Shown here: in pieces, positions 38,591 to 51,528 of the stretch
Layout: every line of letters begins with the position of its first letter
Numbering within the stretch: the first letter of the stretch is position 1
Assembly (NCBI GenBank): GCA_040954595.2
Contig: CM082597.2
Location: forward strand, 7,832,343 to 7,896,342
Source of the DNA: Balanoglossus misakiensis
Lineage: Eukaryota; Animalia; Hemichordata
Direction of reading: 5' to 3'
DNA: 64,000 bases
Notes under the pieces: generated by a model
Seen by the model: the letters and a program-made list of their open reading frames with translations, nothing else
Databases searched by the model: none
Told to the model about the DNA's origin: nothing
Program-made: the position numbers and the translations under genes

Positions 38591-41500
38591 TTACAGCTCC
38601 TCAACGAGACGTCTTGGAGGTTTCCGTGGTCTTCTACTTCGACGCATGCCTTCGGCGCTCACAGCACTCCCATCTGCCTCCAAAGCATGGGTAAGTTTTG
38701 AGTCCTCTTCAACGGACACATCAATGCCAGAATCCTCCAAGGCGTTGTTAGCATCTGGTTGCAGATGTGCAGTCGTGGGCCCATCCAGTGCGGACTCTGA
38801 AATGCTGCCACTAATATCAGCTTCGTCAGCAGGCAATTCCTCCATGCAGACATCAGGTCCTCTGCTCTCATTAGGCTGTAGCCAGTCGGCTCTCCAGACA
38901 CTATGGACGATCTTGGGTTTGGAACGAGGCCCTCTCTGGATTCTATACACAAGATCGTTTATGCAGTCAACAACACCATATGGGCCCTCCCATGGTTTTG
39001 CGAGCTTCGGCGAAAGGCCTTTCTTATGCTGTGGGTTATATAACCAGACACCGTCGCCTCGTTGAAGCTTTGGTTGCCCTGCCCTGGTATCGTATCGGCG
39101 CTTCACTCTGTCACTGCTCCTCTTGATGTTGTCTCTGGCAAATGAGTGAACATTTTGCATTCGGTCTTGCAATACTCCGACATACACACCATGAGACTCA
39201 GTTTCCTCCTCTGGACGACCATATACCAGATCTACTGGAAGTTTCATCTCTCTCCCCAGCATCATCATGGACGGGGTGAAACCGGTAGTCTCATGGACTG
39301 CAGTTCTGTAGCTCATCAGGAGGAGAGGCAGATGTTCATCCCAAGTTTCCTGGTGGTCCTCGACAAATATCGCCAACTGATTCTCAATGGTCCTGTTGTA
39401 GCGTTCCACCATTCCGTCTGACTGGGGGTGCAGTGGGGTCGTCCTCGTCTTTTGTATCCCAAGAAGCCCGCACATTTGCTGGAACACAGCTGCCTCGAAG
39501 TTTCGGCCTTGGTCAGAGTGTAATTCCAGAGGAACACCAAAACGACTCACAAACTCATCAACTACCTTCCTCGCTACTGTTACTGCTTCCTGATTTGGTA
39601 TCGCAAAACCCTCTGGCCACTTGCTGAAGTAGTCCATGGCGATGAGAATGAACCGATTTCCTCTTGGCGTCTCAGGAAGGGGACCGAGGACATCGATGGC
39701 CAACCTTTCCATGGGCGCGCCCACATTGTATATGCCGAGTGGCGCGTGCTTCTTATGATATGGCCCTTTCCGTCTGGCACACTGCTCACACTTCTTGCAC
39801 CAAAGTTCCACAGACTGTCGACACCCTACCCAGTAAAATCAATCACTCACGCGAGACAACATCTTCTTGACAGACCAATGTCCTCCTGTACGGGTATCGT
39901 GCAACTGCTCAAGAACTTCTTGCTGTCTGGCTTTGGGTAGTATCAGTTGTCTCTGGATAATACCACCCTCTGGCTTCTCCCATCGGCGATAGAGTACACC
40001 CTGGGACAGTTCAAGAGAATCCCATTGCGACCAGTATGCTTTGGTGGCGGGGCCATATGGGGACACTACACTCCATTTGGGACGCTCTCTTGAGTTATCC
40101 ATCCACAACAGGATCGGCCTGATATCAGGATCCTCTAACTGGGCCTCACGGAGGTCTGATTTCTTCTCCTTGTCAGCATCATGAGACTCATGTTTCGCTT
40201 CTACCTTCCTGGCCACAGAGCTCCCATCCCCACCGTACGGTTTCTCAGGCAGCTGTCTCAGCGACCTCTCATTCTGTTGTTCACGTCCTTCTTGCCTATC
40301 ACAATATTTGCATGAGTTTCCACATGGTCTGCGAGACAGGCCGTCAGCATTGAGATGGCTCTGTCCTGCCCTATGCTGGATAAGGAAGTCATACTCCTGG
40401 AGTTTCTGGAGCCACCTAGCTGTCTGCCCCTCTGGACTGTGAAACTTCATAAGCCATTGTAGCGCTGAGTGGTCTGTTCTCACAGTAAACCTCCTGCCAT
40501 AGAGATAGTGGTGGAAATGGTCGACCGCCTTAACCACAGCCAGTAGTTCTTTGCGAGTAACACAGTATCGCTGCTCAGGCCCATGTAGCACACTGCTGTA
40601 GTACGATAGCACACGCTCTTCTCCATCCTGTTGTCGTTGGGAGAGGACTGCCCCTATTGCACCCTCACTGGCATCCGTGTCGACAATCAGGGGTCCATCC
40701 GGCTGAGGGAAACCAAGAACTGGAGCGGACGTCAACTTCTGCTTCAAGACATTAAATGCCGTCTCGCAATCCGCAGTCCAAGAAAACCTGTGGCCCTTCT
40801 GTGTGAGTCGGTGCAGGGGTCTAGCTATTTCAGCAAATGATGCCACAAACCTGCGGTAATATGAACAAAACCCAAGGAATGCTCGGACTTCCTTAACATT
40901 GGATGGAGTTGGCCATGTGGACACTTCCTCCGTCTTCTCCGCATCAGTCGCCACACCAGCTTCGCTTACAACATGTCCTAGGAAAGCCACTTGACGTCTG
41001 AACAGCTCACACTTCTTGGGACTGAGCTTCAGCCTAGCTTTCCGCAAACGGTTCATGACCTGTTTCAAGTGGCTCATCTCCTCATCGAAGCTCTTCCCGT
41101 GCATGATGATGTCGTCAAGATAGACCAAAACCACAGTCCATGGCAGACCTCTCAGCACCTGCTCCATCAGCCTCTCAAACGTGGCAGGCGCGTTACATAA
41201 TCCGAAAGGCATCACAACGAACTGCCACAAACCACTTCCTGCGGTAAAACTGGTCTTCTCCCGATCTTCCTCAGCCACTTCGACCTGCCAGTACCCGCTC
41301 TTAAGATCCAGGGTGGAAAACCAGGAGGAGCCCGCTAGAGAATCAAGAGTTGCGTCAATTCTGGGCAGTGGGTATGAGTCCTTCCGGGTAACCTCGTTTA
41401 ACCTCCTATAGTCCACACAGAAACGCGTTGATCCGTCTTTCTTTCTAACTAACACGATAGACGATGCCCACGGGCTCTTTGACGGCTCTATAACTCCCTC

Positions 41501-42589
41501 TGCATACATCTTGTCAATCTCCGACAAGGCTTCAGCTTGTTTCACGGGCGGCAGTCTCCTTGGTCGCTGTCTGATAGGTGCTGCGTTTCCGGTGTGTATT
41601 GTGTGCTCAACGATAACTGTTTTACCAAGGTCCTTACTGCCCTTGGAGAACACATCCTGAAATTCTTTCAGGAATTTCCTCAAAGAATCACATTGTTCTC
41701 GAGAAAGTCCATTGCAGCTTCGGTGATATAGATCCTCTAAATAGTCTGGCATCCTAGATTGGTTCCTGTCAGCAACGGGGTCCTCCACCGGCACAGACCC
41801 TCCATCTGGTGCCTCCACACTGCAGACAGTCTCAACAGATCCCAATGTATTGCCTTTCCTCAGTGTTCTCCTTTGCTGAGTTACAGTCATCAGCCGCACT
41901 GGAACGCAATCGCCACTGGTATCAACCAGAGTCTTCCCAACAACAACGCCCTTACAGCTGAAACTCTTCCCAGGTTCTACCAATCCCCAGCCACTGTGCC
42001 GCTTAGGTCTGGTCATTCGGCCTTGTATGATTGCTTTGCTCATAGGTGGAATAGTGACATTCCTATCGACCACCACTCTGCATAAAGTGAACTCCTCTTG
42101 AGTCATTGCTGCCCTAGCTGGCTGATCAAAGGGGACATCTTCATTACCAATCCGCAAACATCTGTGTATCAGGTCTGGCGTACTGTTGTGCTGCGCGAAG
42201 AAATCAGTGCCAAGGAGAACATCATCTGAAATGTCAGCTACCCATACATTATGGTGTACAATGGTTTTGCCAAGTTGAATGGGCAGTAATCCACGTCCCT
42301 TCACAGGTGATGTACCACCGCAGGCTGTCTTTATGTAGACCTTGTCTGTAAGTGTGATTGTTGGCGGTAACTTTCTCTGCCGCATAAGTACATCAGTCTT
42401 TATGATAGTCGCGTCAAACCCGGTGTCCAGCACAATCTTACAGGGAACGCCATCAACAAAACCGCGTACTATGGGCGTAAGGTCAGGTCCAGACACATGG
42501 CCTGTGCGAATGATAACATCAGGGGCAATGTCCTTATCAATAATGCCAGCTGAGTTCTGCCCCGCGAACCCAGCTCCTACTCGTTTCCC
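38591..42589 (-). pseudogene. Gypsy pol (PR-RT-RNase H-IN), with one in-frame TGA at 39839-39841
   Basis: LDTG protease, YLDD RT, DTDAS...ELLAVV...TDHSAL RNase H, H-H-C-C, DVLGP, HSDQG, ERYNR integrase, GPY/F; ORFs 39839-42496 and 38591-39811 are in the same frame. Confidence 0.93.
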
Positions 42590-44166
42590 GAAACAGTTGT
42601 TGGCACCGCTGAATCACGCTTTTCCTTTGGGCAGTCTCTAGCAAAGTGGCCCACCTGGTCACAATTCCAGCATTTCTTGTCCTTCGAGGGCTGGTTCTTT
42701 CTACGCACTGGTCCACTGGGCCTAGCCTCCAGCTTGTCCATTACCTTTTGTAGCATCTGGCTAATGTGTCCAAATAACTGGCCGGTTTCATCACGATCTG
42801 CTGCCACATTGGAATCACTTTTGTCAGGGGTGCAGGTCCTTCGTACGAGGTCATCACTGTGGGTATTGCGTCCCCTAGTCTTACTTGCGATCAAAAAGGA
42901 CTCCAACTCCAATGATTTTTTCGGTTTGGCTTGTCTCAGGCGTAGCCGCATATCGTCGTCATTCACCGCATCAACAAACTGGTCGCACGCCAGGTTATCC
43001 TGTAATTCGCTAGACATGGTCGGATATGCCAATCTTACCAATCGCTCAATGTCACCAGCCAACTCAGGTAGACTTTCCCCCTTGCGTTTCACCCTATTCT
43101 CAAAACGGACACGGGAGAGGTCAGTCTGGTGCGCCGTACCATATCTAGCCGACAATGCCGCCACCAAGGACTGGTAGTCTTGACGTTTCTGCCCAGGTAG
43201 GTTACTTAAAACGGTTAGGGCAGGTCCTTTAAGATTAGATGCCAGATACAGTGCTTGCTGGTGTTCATTCCAACCATTCATCTGTGCCACCAGCTCGAAC
43301 TGCGCCTGATACGCCTCCCATGTGGTCGATCCATCGAACGCCGTTGGCCTCTGAAGTGGTTTGCTGGCATTATTAAAGGAGCTGCAAAGTGCTGATTCCG
43401 CCTGGCGAATTGGAGTACCCACCGGCCTTGGGGCAGAAATGTCCAAGGGGATTGGCTTTGACATGAACTGTGGACTGCCACTAGAGGGCGCCATCACCAA
43501 TGGGGTAGATGTGTGTTGCATGGCACGTCCATATTTCCCCTGGGACTCAGGATCCATAGCAGGCTGTGGCCCTTTAACGTCAAATGTTTCCTCCAATCCA
43601 CACATTCTTTTCTCAACCCTCTCCTGATTAAAGGCGACATCCTGCCTTAGCTTTAATTGTTCATCACTCATTCTCTTCATCTGATCTCTCATTTCTTGTA
43701 CCGTAGCTGTCACTGCAAGCATGCTTTTCTCCGTCTTTTCAACTCTCGCATTTGTGGCTTCATGTCGCTGTATTACTTCGCTCATCCCTCTACTCATTTC
43801 ATGTTGTGATGTTAACACTGTCTGGAAATAGCTTGTAAAATCTTCCCGCATACTGTTAATGCTATCACTGGACTGGCTTTGACTCATTTGCTGGGCAGCA
43901 ATGAAATCATCCCACCTTTGTTTCTGGTCTGCGTTCATGTCCAACAGAATCTGTCCCGTCGGAGCTTTCGACAACTCAACCCCCGATGCGTGGGTAGGCT
44001 GGACGCTTTCTACATCAGCTGGCTGTATGTCACTCTCTATCAATGTGACCTCTGGAAGCAGCAACTGTGTGGCGTCACATGTTTCTCCCATACCAGAATC
44101 CACAGCGGGTTTGTCAAAACCACCAGCCTGTCCCTTGAACATAATTTCGTGGCTATCCTCCATCAT
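42577..44166 (-). CDS. Gypsy gag (529 aa)
   Basis: FDGSTTWEAYQAQFE...NGW, CWNCDQVGHFARDC CCHC knuckle; starts just after the PBS. Confidence 0.92.
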   Translation of the reverse strand: MMEDSHEIMFKGQAGGFDKPAVDSGMGETCDATQLLLPEVTLIESDIQPADVESVQPTHASGVELSKAPTGQILLDMNADQKQRWDDFIAAQQMSQSQSSDSINSMREDFTSYFQTVLTSQHEMSRGMSEVIQRHEATNARVEKTEKSMLAVTATVQEMRDQMKRMSDEQLKLRQDVAFNQERVEKRMCGLEETFDVKGPQPAMDPESQGKYGRAMQHTSTPLVMAPSSGSPQFMSKPIPLDISAPRPVGTPIRQAESALCSSFNNASKPLQRPTAFDGSTTWEAYQAQFELVAQMNGWNEHQQALYLASNLKGPALTVLSNLPGQKRQDYQSLVAALSARYGTAHQTDLSRVRFENRVKRKGESLPELAGDIERLVRLAYPTMSSELQDNLACDQFVDAVNDDDMRLRLRQAKPKKSLELESFLIASKTRGRNTHSDDLVRRTCTPDKSDSNVAADRDETGQLFGHISQMLQKVMDKLEARPSGPVRRKNQPSKDKKCWNCDQVGHFARDCPKEKRDSAVPTTVSGNE

Positions 44167-44606
44167 CTCAGTTTGTCCGAAATTATAGAAAATCCCACTT
44201 CTGACACCAATGTTACGTTTAGCCGCTTCGCTCAGGATTTTCTATATAGGGTAAATCAGAAAGCCTGGGACGACACTGGATTGTGAAATAAACAGCAACG
44301 ATTTAATGCTCACCACTCAATACAAAACTGCTGGGAGGGAGGCAGCGGATGATGGTGTGTTGTACGATGGCTCTCAAACAATGTTTGTTATGTCTTTAGA
44401 TCTGTTTTCCTCCGAGTCTATTGATTGATTGTGTACGAGGCAGCCATGTTTGTCCGGTCTCCGCCAGCCTACCCACAATTCCGGAGTTTATGCTTGCAAG
44501 TACTGGGTGCCCCAGCGCCATCTACGGCAAAGCCTGACTAATCTTTCTTTTATATGTGTCGATAAGCAATAGGTGTAATGGTTCGCACGGTCTGCATCAC
44601 AGAGGC

Positions 44607-45640
44607 CATTCGTAACCCAAAGGGCAATTTAGTGTCAAAGAAAATCATTTCTCTCCACCTGTACCCCAATAGGAAATAGTCGTGCGGATCGACAGGAATT
44701 TGGCGGTAAGCCCGTTTCAAATCACGCTTGTAAAGTAGACAACCAGGGACTTTTATTCTGATAAGCTTAGTGAGATCATCGACGCCAGGGTAAGTCAAGG
44801 AAAAAGGCCCGTCCAAATAGAAATCAGAAGGTATCCCATCATTCACTGAGTGGCCGATAGGGAAACTCAGATCGATAACCACCCGCCGATCCGGCGAATC
44901 CTTCTTGTCAACAGTTTGAAGCGGTGATAACATAAGAGGTTTGTCAAAGGGATTGTCGTGAAAGGGCCCGACTGAACCGCCTAGGGCTACCTCCTTAGAG
45001 ATATATCTGTCTACATGAAGATGAGTTCCATTTTTTATTGGTATGCCCAGTATATCAGTGTATTAGAGAGAGATTTATCCCAAAATTCTTCTATGACACA
45101 CCCCATGAGTGGAAATTTACTTTATTACTTCAGTCAAACAAACCATACATAGTACAAAATCTTGCCAGATACATCTTTTATGCTTTTAAACAGCGACATA
45201 AACTCCTGGATGATGATCCAGAGTAAAACTGTACGAGGAACGAACCCTCAAGCGACTGTAAATTTTGATATTCTTTTTTGTTGTGTACAATATGGCTGGT
45301 GGCCAATAGTACTGAATAAATGCATTATATATATCTGTCTACATGATCTGGGTACAGCACTGCTGATTTGTGGTTGGTGGAAACTGGAAGTGGGTGATGG
45401 GATAATGTGTAATTCAATGGCCATCCAAATTCTAAGAAGTCACAAATCTGCGTAGTCATCATACCCTTGTAGTTTAGCTCGCCAAATTGGAATGCATAGA
45501 TTTGACTGAACTGGAACGCGGTACCCTTTGTAATTGGGTAAATTTGAATTGTAAATTTTGACATGATTTTGAATAGACAGTGAGGCTGTGGGGGACAATG
45601 GGGATGGCCAATACTCTATTGGGATGTGAGCGCTGTGACT
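44607..45640 (-). pseudogene. Ngaro RT N-terminal half, interrupted by a LINE stub
   Basis: PNYKGYRVPVQS, CDFLEFGWP, NHKSA, GPF, RRVVIDLSFP, KRDLKRAYRQIPV, LPFGLR. Confidence 0.85.
45019..45328 (+). mobile_element. 5'-truncated non-LTR retrotransposon (RTEX-like C-terminus) with 18-bp TSD
   Basis: (E)DEFHFLLVCPVYQCIRERFIP; AATAAA near the end; TSD atatatctgtctacatga at 45001-45018 and 45329-45346. Confidence 0.85.
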
Positions 45641-46237
45641 TTGTTCAAAATCACAATCTGCCATATGCAGATCTTAAAGTGTATCTGTTGTTGAGGTATG
45701 TTGTATATCATCTATGATACCAGCCTGGATAAAATCACAATTACTATTGTAGGAGGACCCGGATTGTGGATGTTGTGGCATGTTGGACAATATATCAACA
45801 GGCATGTCATGATTGTTATTGTTGATGACTGGTGGGGAAATTGGGAGTCTGCATTATGAATGCCACCATCACAATGTCGGTTTTTAGAGTCATAATCGCT
45901 GTTATTAGCCTGGGCCATGCCCAAGTGGCAATCGTGGGAGGATTCAGATTGTAATTTTTGTGGCACACTAGAATTTTTGCGAACACATCACAGCTGGACA
46001 ATTTTTGATCATGATGAAAGTATGGTTTATCCTGACTTGTAATATTTGTAACTATCGGTTTAGGTGAAATTGGAATACCTAAACAGTGTGTGCCGTCGTC
46101 ACAAGCTGGATTCTCAGACGCATACCCAGCATCGTCTGAAATATTCATGTTGAGTGGAACACTGTGACCTGAAATTTCATTGTGTGAAGACATGGTATTA
46201 TCGATAGGAAAGGTACTGAGAAGTGTTTGACTAGCTG

Positions 46238-47071
46238 TCAAATTCTCTGAATCATTCTGTTTGAATTCACAAGAAAATTCATGTTGGTTGTTATTGTCAT
46301 AAAGACACCAATCCGTTTGGACACTGCGGTCCAACAAATGTCTCTGGTTAAATTCGTTCCTGTTCCTGACCTGATTTTTTTGTCACTTTGCTGCTTTGAC
46401 CGTTCTTCTCTGAACTTGGGATCATTGTACGGGCATTTTAGCTTAGGGTGACTCTCCTGCCTCTTCCTGAACTTGTGGCAAGCACTGCAAATGTGTTTGT
46501 ACTTGCATGAGCTGCCGTCGTTGCACCGACCCTCAAGGTTGAATGCCCAACAAAACTGGACGAGATCGCCCGATTTGGTATGTAGGGGGGACTTTGATTT
46601 GACCTCAGATGCCCGGGGATACAAGTATAATTCTTTGAGGTCGTGACCGTCGCTATCCCAACTCCGGTGGCCACACTCGATGTCTTGTAAAAAGGCCCCA
46701 TGGAACTTCAACACTGCGTCCCATGGGTACACGGACGCGAACCGCATGAGCATATTTAAGTGTTGTAGGCGTACACGCTTTTCGGTGGCTGAGATCGTGT
46801 CTGAGAGCAAGATTGATGTATAGCCCTCGACAAATTCGTTCATAGTCATGGAATCGTAACTGATTTCCTTGCCGGCTCCGAATGGTCAGGGTTGTGCTGT
46901 CATATGCGGCCAAGATACGGACACCGTAGCCTTGTCTTTTCTCGTCAGAAAATGTTGAGACTTACCCAACTTAAAATTGGAACCGAAGTCCTGCGTTGTG
47001 TTGAGAAAATCGGGAACGTAGTTGTGCTGCGCCTCTCGCAAGTCGCGCTGAAGTTGTGTCAGCGGCCATCA
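46238..47071 (-). pseudogene. Ngaro gag-like ORF, 5'-truncated
   Basis: EFVEGY...LQHLNMLM..A..YPW..VLKFH..FL..IE.G..W; CWAFNLEGRC..C.YKHICSAC..H zinc finger. Confidence 0.8.
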
Positions 47072-47647
47072 TAGTCCATGGGCCAGAGACCGAAACCCTC
47101 CCCCCCCCCTGGGGAGTTTTGCAGACATACATTTTTGGAAAGCCTATTAATCCAGCTGTCAGAATCGGGTTGTTTGCACTCATATTAATGGTGGGTGTGG
47201 CCGTGAGGAGCGGTTGTCATGGTAACGATAGCATAATTTTAGGGGTACTCATACAGTTAAAAAATGATATATTTCGGGATCTGAGAAAGCGAGAGAAAAA
47301 ATTTAAACATTGGGTCTTATAAAGTAGGGTACGGGCTATCCAATGATTACATGACCGACAAGGTCAGAGGTCAAGTTCATCTTCAAAACGCGGGGTCAAA
47401 GTAAAAATTGCGCTATTTTTTGCATATCGATCATACATAGTTTCGATTTACTGGAAAACGGTTTGCTCGAGGAGGCTGTAAATTGGTCATCAGGTAGCAT
47501 GGAACATTAGGTTTAAGAAAAATAAGCTGATTCACGTCTTTGATATTAAGTTATTCTTTACTATCAATCACGTGATCTGGTCATGTGACCTATTTCCAGA
47601 TGACGGGCAAATGCATATGGCCCGTTTCTAGGTGACGGGCAAACAAC

Positions 47648-50600
47648 ATGGCGGAATCTAGTAAAAGTTTATCCGAGTATGTAAACACTCTAGAACCGAA
47701 AGTGCAAGCACGATATCAGTCCAAGATATCATTATGCGGTGGTGTGGATCCGTATGCCATAAAATCGAAGGAACTTTCAACCGACCTGAAAGATTTGCCA
47801 AATCTGCAGTTCCCCGATATATCGAATTATCTGGTGTTGCAGTCATCGTTTTACACGAAAAATGAAATGAAGGCTTTCAAAAGTTTGGAGGCCTATAACT
47901 TTTTCGTTTGTGGCTGGGTGCACGACCTTGGCATTAAAAGGTTACAAGATAATCGTCTTATATGCGCCAAGGTGAGTAAACGTATTATCTTTTTCTGTGT
48001 CGTTAACCGAAGAAAGTCTTTATGAATGACAGCTCTGCGTGGCACGGCTATGTCAATGACTGGACGAAAAAATGCTGCGGGTGACTTTGTTGTTGGCATC
48101 TGTACATATAATTCCTGACGGGTTCGTGGTTTCAAACACAAACAGTTCACTTTTGAGCTATCTCATCCGAATGTGTTTGGTGGTTACTGCATAACGTTTA
48201 TTGTTGTTTTAAAATGAAGCGTGACCATTCACGCGCGGGTTTTCTCCAAGGTGTGTACGGACTGTGACTTGCACGCTGCGTATAACTGTGTTATTGTTTG
48301 TAAAATTTCGGGTGGATCGTGTTTTTGTTCATATCCATAGTTTGTCAACCATCTAATTACCAATACCAGACGATACATCCATCGGTGAAATATGCTGACT
48401 CAGCTGTTTTCTTCAATTATTGACCTATTATTGGCCTTGTATTTCAAAAACAAATGCGGTGACCCCTAAATTTTATTACAGATGTTCATTAATACATACA
48501 CATGGGAAACCAAAAATCCACAATTAAAACAAATGACAACACTGGTACTATTAACTTGGTAACTATATTTTGGTTGTGATTTCTCTCCAATTTCTTTTAG
48601 GTAAACCACTCTCAGAGATCCACTCTGAGTCCTTTAAAGGCATGGGTGATTGTAAAGGAAGATGGAGAGGTGTTGACAGCACATTGCAACTGCATGGCTG
48701 GGTGAGTTGTGTGATAATAATAATTATATGGGTTCTTGCTAGAAATTTCAAAATTTAAATATTGTGGAAATTCAAAATGTTTAACATGATTTGTATTGTG
48801 TTGTAGGTTAGCTGAATCATGCTCTCATGTAGGAGCTATACTGTATGCTGTAGAAGCAGGTGTGCGTATGCGTGATTCTGTCACCTGTACAATGGAGAAG
48901 AGCAAGTGGATGATGCCATCTCATGTGAAAAAGGTACACATCTGATTATGTTCATAGTAAAATTATATATAAAGGGAAAGTAGCTGTAATTTTTCTATAA
49001 TTCCCCTTTCTTCCTAAATCATGTTGAAATGCCCCAAGTTCAGTTTGCTGACACTGCCTGTGACATAGATAGTTATATTGTTGACAATTGAGTTTTGGTC
49101 GGGACTAACAATTATGTGTCAGCAATAATAATACTGTTTGTGTGCAGTCTGATGACAATTAAGCCATGCAGTTGGTGTTTAAACATACTTTTAACAGAAC
49201 AAGAAGTTAATGATATGTTATTTTTTTGCACAGATACCTGCTGCTCCAGTTTCCCAAATTGATTTTTCTTCTGCAAAGGCTAAAAAACAAAGGCTGGATC
49301 AGGCTCCTTGTGATGAAGACACTACGCCAATCAAGGATGCTAGTTCTGTATGTCCATCAGTTACAAAAGGGTCAGAAGAGTATCACAAGTTTTTTAGGGA
49401 ATTGAATACCAATTTTCCAAAGAGTGCCGCACTGATGACCAAACAACCCTACCACAACAAGTTTGTACCCAAGTCATCAACCGAACTTCTGCCAAGATCA
49501 CTTATCGATTACAGAACAGATATCACACTGTCACTCGATAAGGAAAATCTGTTTGCTGACTGCAGTAAATTCACGTTATCAGTGACAGACAGTCAGGCCA
49601 AAGCAGTGGAGTTGGAGACCAGAAGACAGACAAAGAGTAAGATCTGGTTCAGTCAGAGAGCTGGCAGGATCACTGCTTCCAAATTGAGAGCTGTCTTGCA
49701 CACAGACACCGGTAAACCCTCCAGAAGTTTAATTAAGGCAATATGTTATCCACAAGAACATAGATTTTCCAGCCAAGCAACAAAGTGAGTATGCAGTCAA
49801 TGTGGATAGTTTTCTTCTTGTTTACTGTTTTGATACAGTAATGCTTCCATTGGGTCCCTAAGCTGTCTAGCCAGCTGCATTCATTGTTTAGTATTTGAGC
49901 ATGTAAATTGGCCTCTTGGTTTGAAATGCTTAAAGTCAGTATGTTTATCGTTTTCTAAAATATTACATTTTATAAACCATTCACAAATTTTCATGTACTT
50001 TCTCCTTCTATTTCAGTTATGGTTGCAAGCATGAGGCAACAGCCAGAGCAGAGTATGGGCGAAAGATGTCTGCCAGGCACAACAATTTCATACTCGCTGA
50101 CAGTGGCCTTAGGTTGCACCCAAAATGGCCATTCATGGGTGCAACTCCTGATGCTGTGATAAACTGTGACTGCTGTGGTTTTGGTTCATGTGAAATAAAG
50201 GTATGTCAAAGTACCATGGGGTTAATACTCTGTTACAGCATGTGTATATTGTGCTGCTTGGTATGCTTTGGGAAATAGTCATGAATGTTATTAGTCCTTT
50301 TTTTCCGGGTTTGATTAACAAATTTTTTGTTCATTTCATTCAGTGTCCATACTGCCATCGGTACAACACAAGAATCGAGGATTGTGTGGGGAAGAGAGGC
50401 TTCTGCCTGATCCATGGAGATAATGGGAACATGAAACTTGACAGAAATCACAGTTATTTCTATCAAGTTCAAGCACAGATCAATATTATGGAAGCAAAAT
50501 ATTGTGACTTTGTAGTGTGGAATGAAAATGATATTTTCATAGAACGCATTATGCCAGATCATGATTTCTGGGCTGGTATAATGCCAAAGGCAGAAAGATT

Positions 50601-50661
50601 TTTCCGGCAATGCATACTACCTGAAGTTTTGGGGCGACATTTCACAACTTCTGCAGTTTAA
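47648..50661 (+). CDS. ISL2EU accessory protein: SWIM zinc finger plus YqaJ/lambda-exonuclease domain, 6 exons
   Basis: Exons 47648-47971, 48601-48701, 48807-48933, 49234-49784, 50017-50200, 50344-50661; [15 protein letters not shown]; [12 protein letters not shown]; GATPD...EIK|CP; YFYQVQAQ. Confidence 0.88.
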
Positions 50662-50908
50662 AGTCTTTATGGTCAATAATCAATGAATTTTATAAAAAAT
50701 ACAACACAACAGTATATGTGAATTAAACAAATTTATTATCAAATGGTCAACATTATAGACAAAATCTGGGGTGTAGATTTAATGTACATCATATAAATTT
50801 CTGTATATTTAATTTAAATAATTTAAATAAATACAGTGTTACATTTATACTAATATATTATTTCAATGTATGATATATTATTTTTATACAAACATTTAAA
50901 TATAATAT

Positions 50909-51278
50909 GATACATGTTATGTGTATGGCAGTTCTAAAGACTAAACATACTCAGAAAAACTTTTACAGGAAGCTGAAATATTGCTTGCCCGTCATTTGGA
51001 AATGACAAAGACTATGCAGACAAAACTCCATGAGGCTGATAACGCACCATACCTGATACATGTTACGTGTCTGGCAGTTCTAAAGTAAAAACATACTCAG
51101 AAAAACTTTTACAGGAAGCTGAAATATTGCTTGCCCGTCATTTGGAAATGACAAAGACTATGCAGACAAAACTCCATGAGGCTGATAACGCACCATACCT
51201 GATACATGTTACGTGTCTGGCAGTTCTAAAGTAAAAACATACTCAGAAAAACTTTTACAGGAAGCTGAAATATTGCTT
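50909..51278 (+). repeat. 146-bp tandem repeat (about 2.5 units) derived from the ISL2EU MITE
   Basis: cagttctaaa at 50929, 51075 and 51221; the unit matches the interior of 24900-25040. Confidence 0.85.
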
Positions 51279-51528
51279 TTTCATTTTGGCGAGTTTTTCA
51301 CACTCGTGTCTACAAGTGGGATGGAAGTTGTGTGTGGTCGAACGTTGGTTCACTATATATCCAGTAGAATGACATAAATGGTGTCTTGTATCAAACATAA
51401 TTAATGGAAAAAGGGCCAGCGAGAGGGAGACTTTGTCCCTTTAAGAGGGACGCTAGTTACATCACAATTCCCAGCAAGGGGTATGGGGTTTTATTTATGG
51501 GGTTTTATTTATGGGGTTTTATTAAGAA

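Larger units (their letters stand above)
38053..44601 (-). mobile_element. Full-length Ty3/Gypsy LTR retrotransposon inserted in the Ngaro RT
   Basis: 391-bp TG...CA LTRs at 38053-38443 and 44211-44601 (about 8 mismatches); 5-bp TSD GAGGC (38048-38052 and 44602-44606); PBS TGGTGTCAGAAGTGGGAT (tRNA-Leu type) at 44192-44209; polypurine tract next to 38444. Confidence 0.96.
35525..47071 (-). mobile_element. Ngaro-type (DIRS order) tyrosine-recombinase retrotransposon, 5'-truncated, with nested insertions
   Basis: Order gag, RT/RNase H, YR; 3' split direct repeats B1 35829-35926 and B2 35525-35621 (about 97 bp) flanking putative A2; A1 is absent because the element is cut at 47071. Confidence 0.88.

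Noticed and set aside
44550-44933. Stand-alone 127-aa RT-like gene
   Set aside because: It is Ngaro RT read through into the Gypsy LTR after PFGLRMAS.
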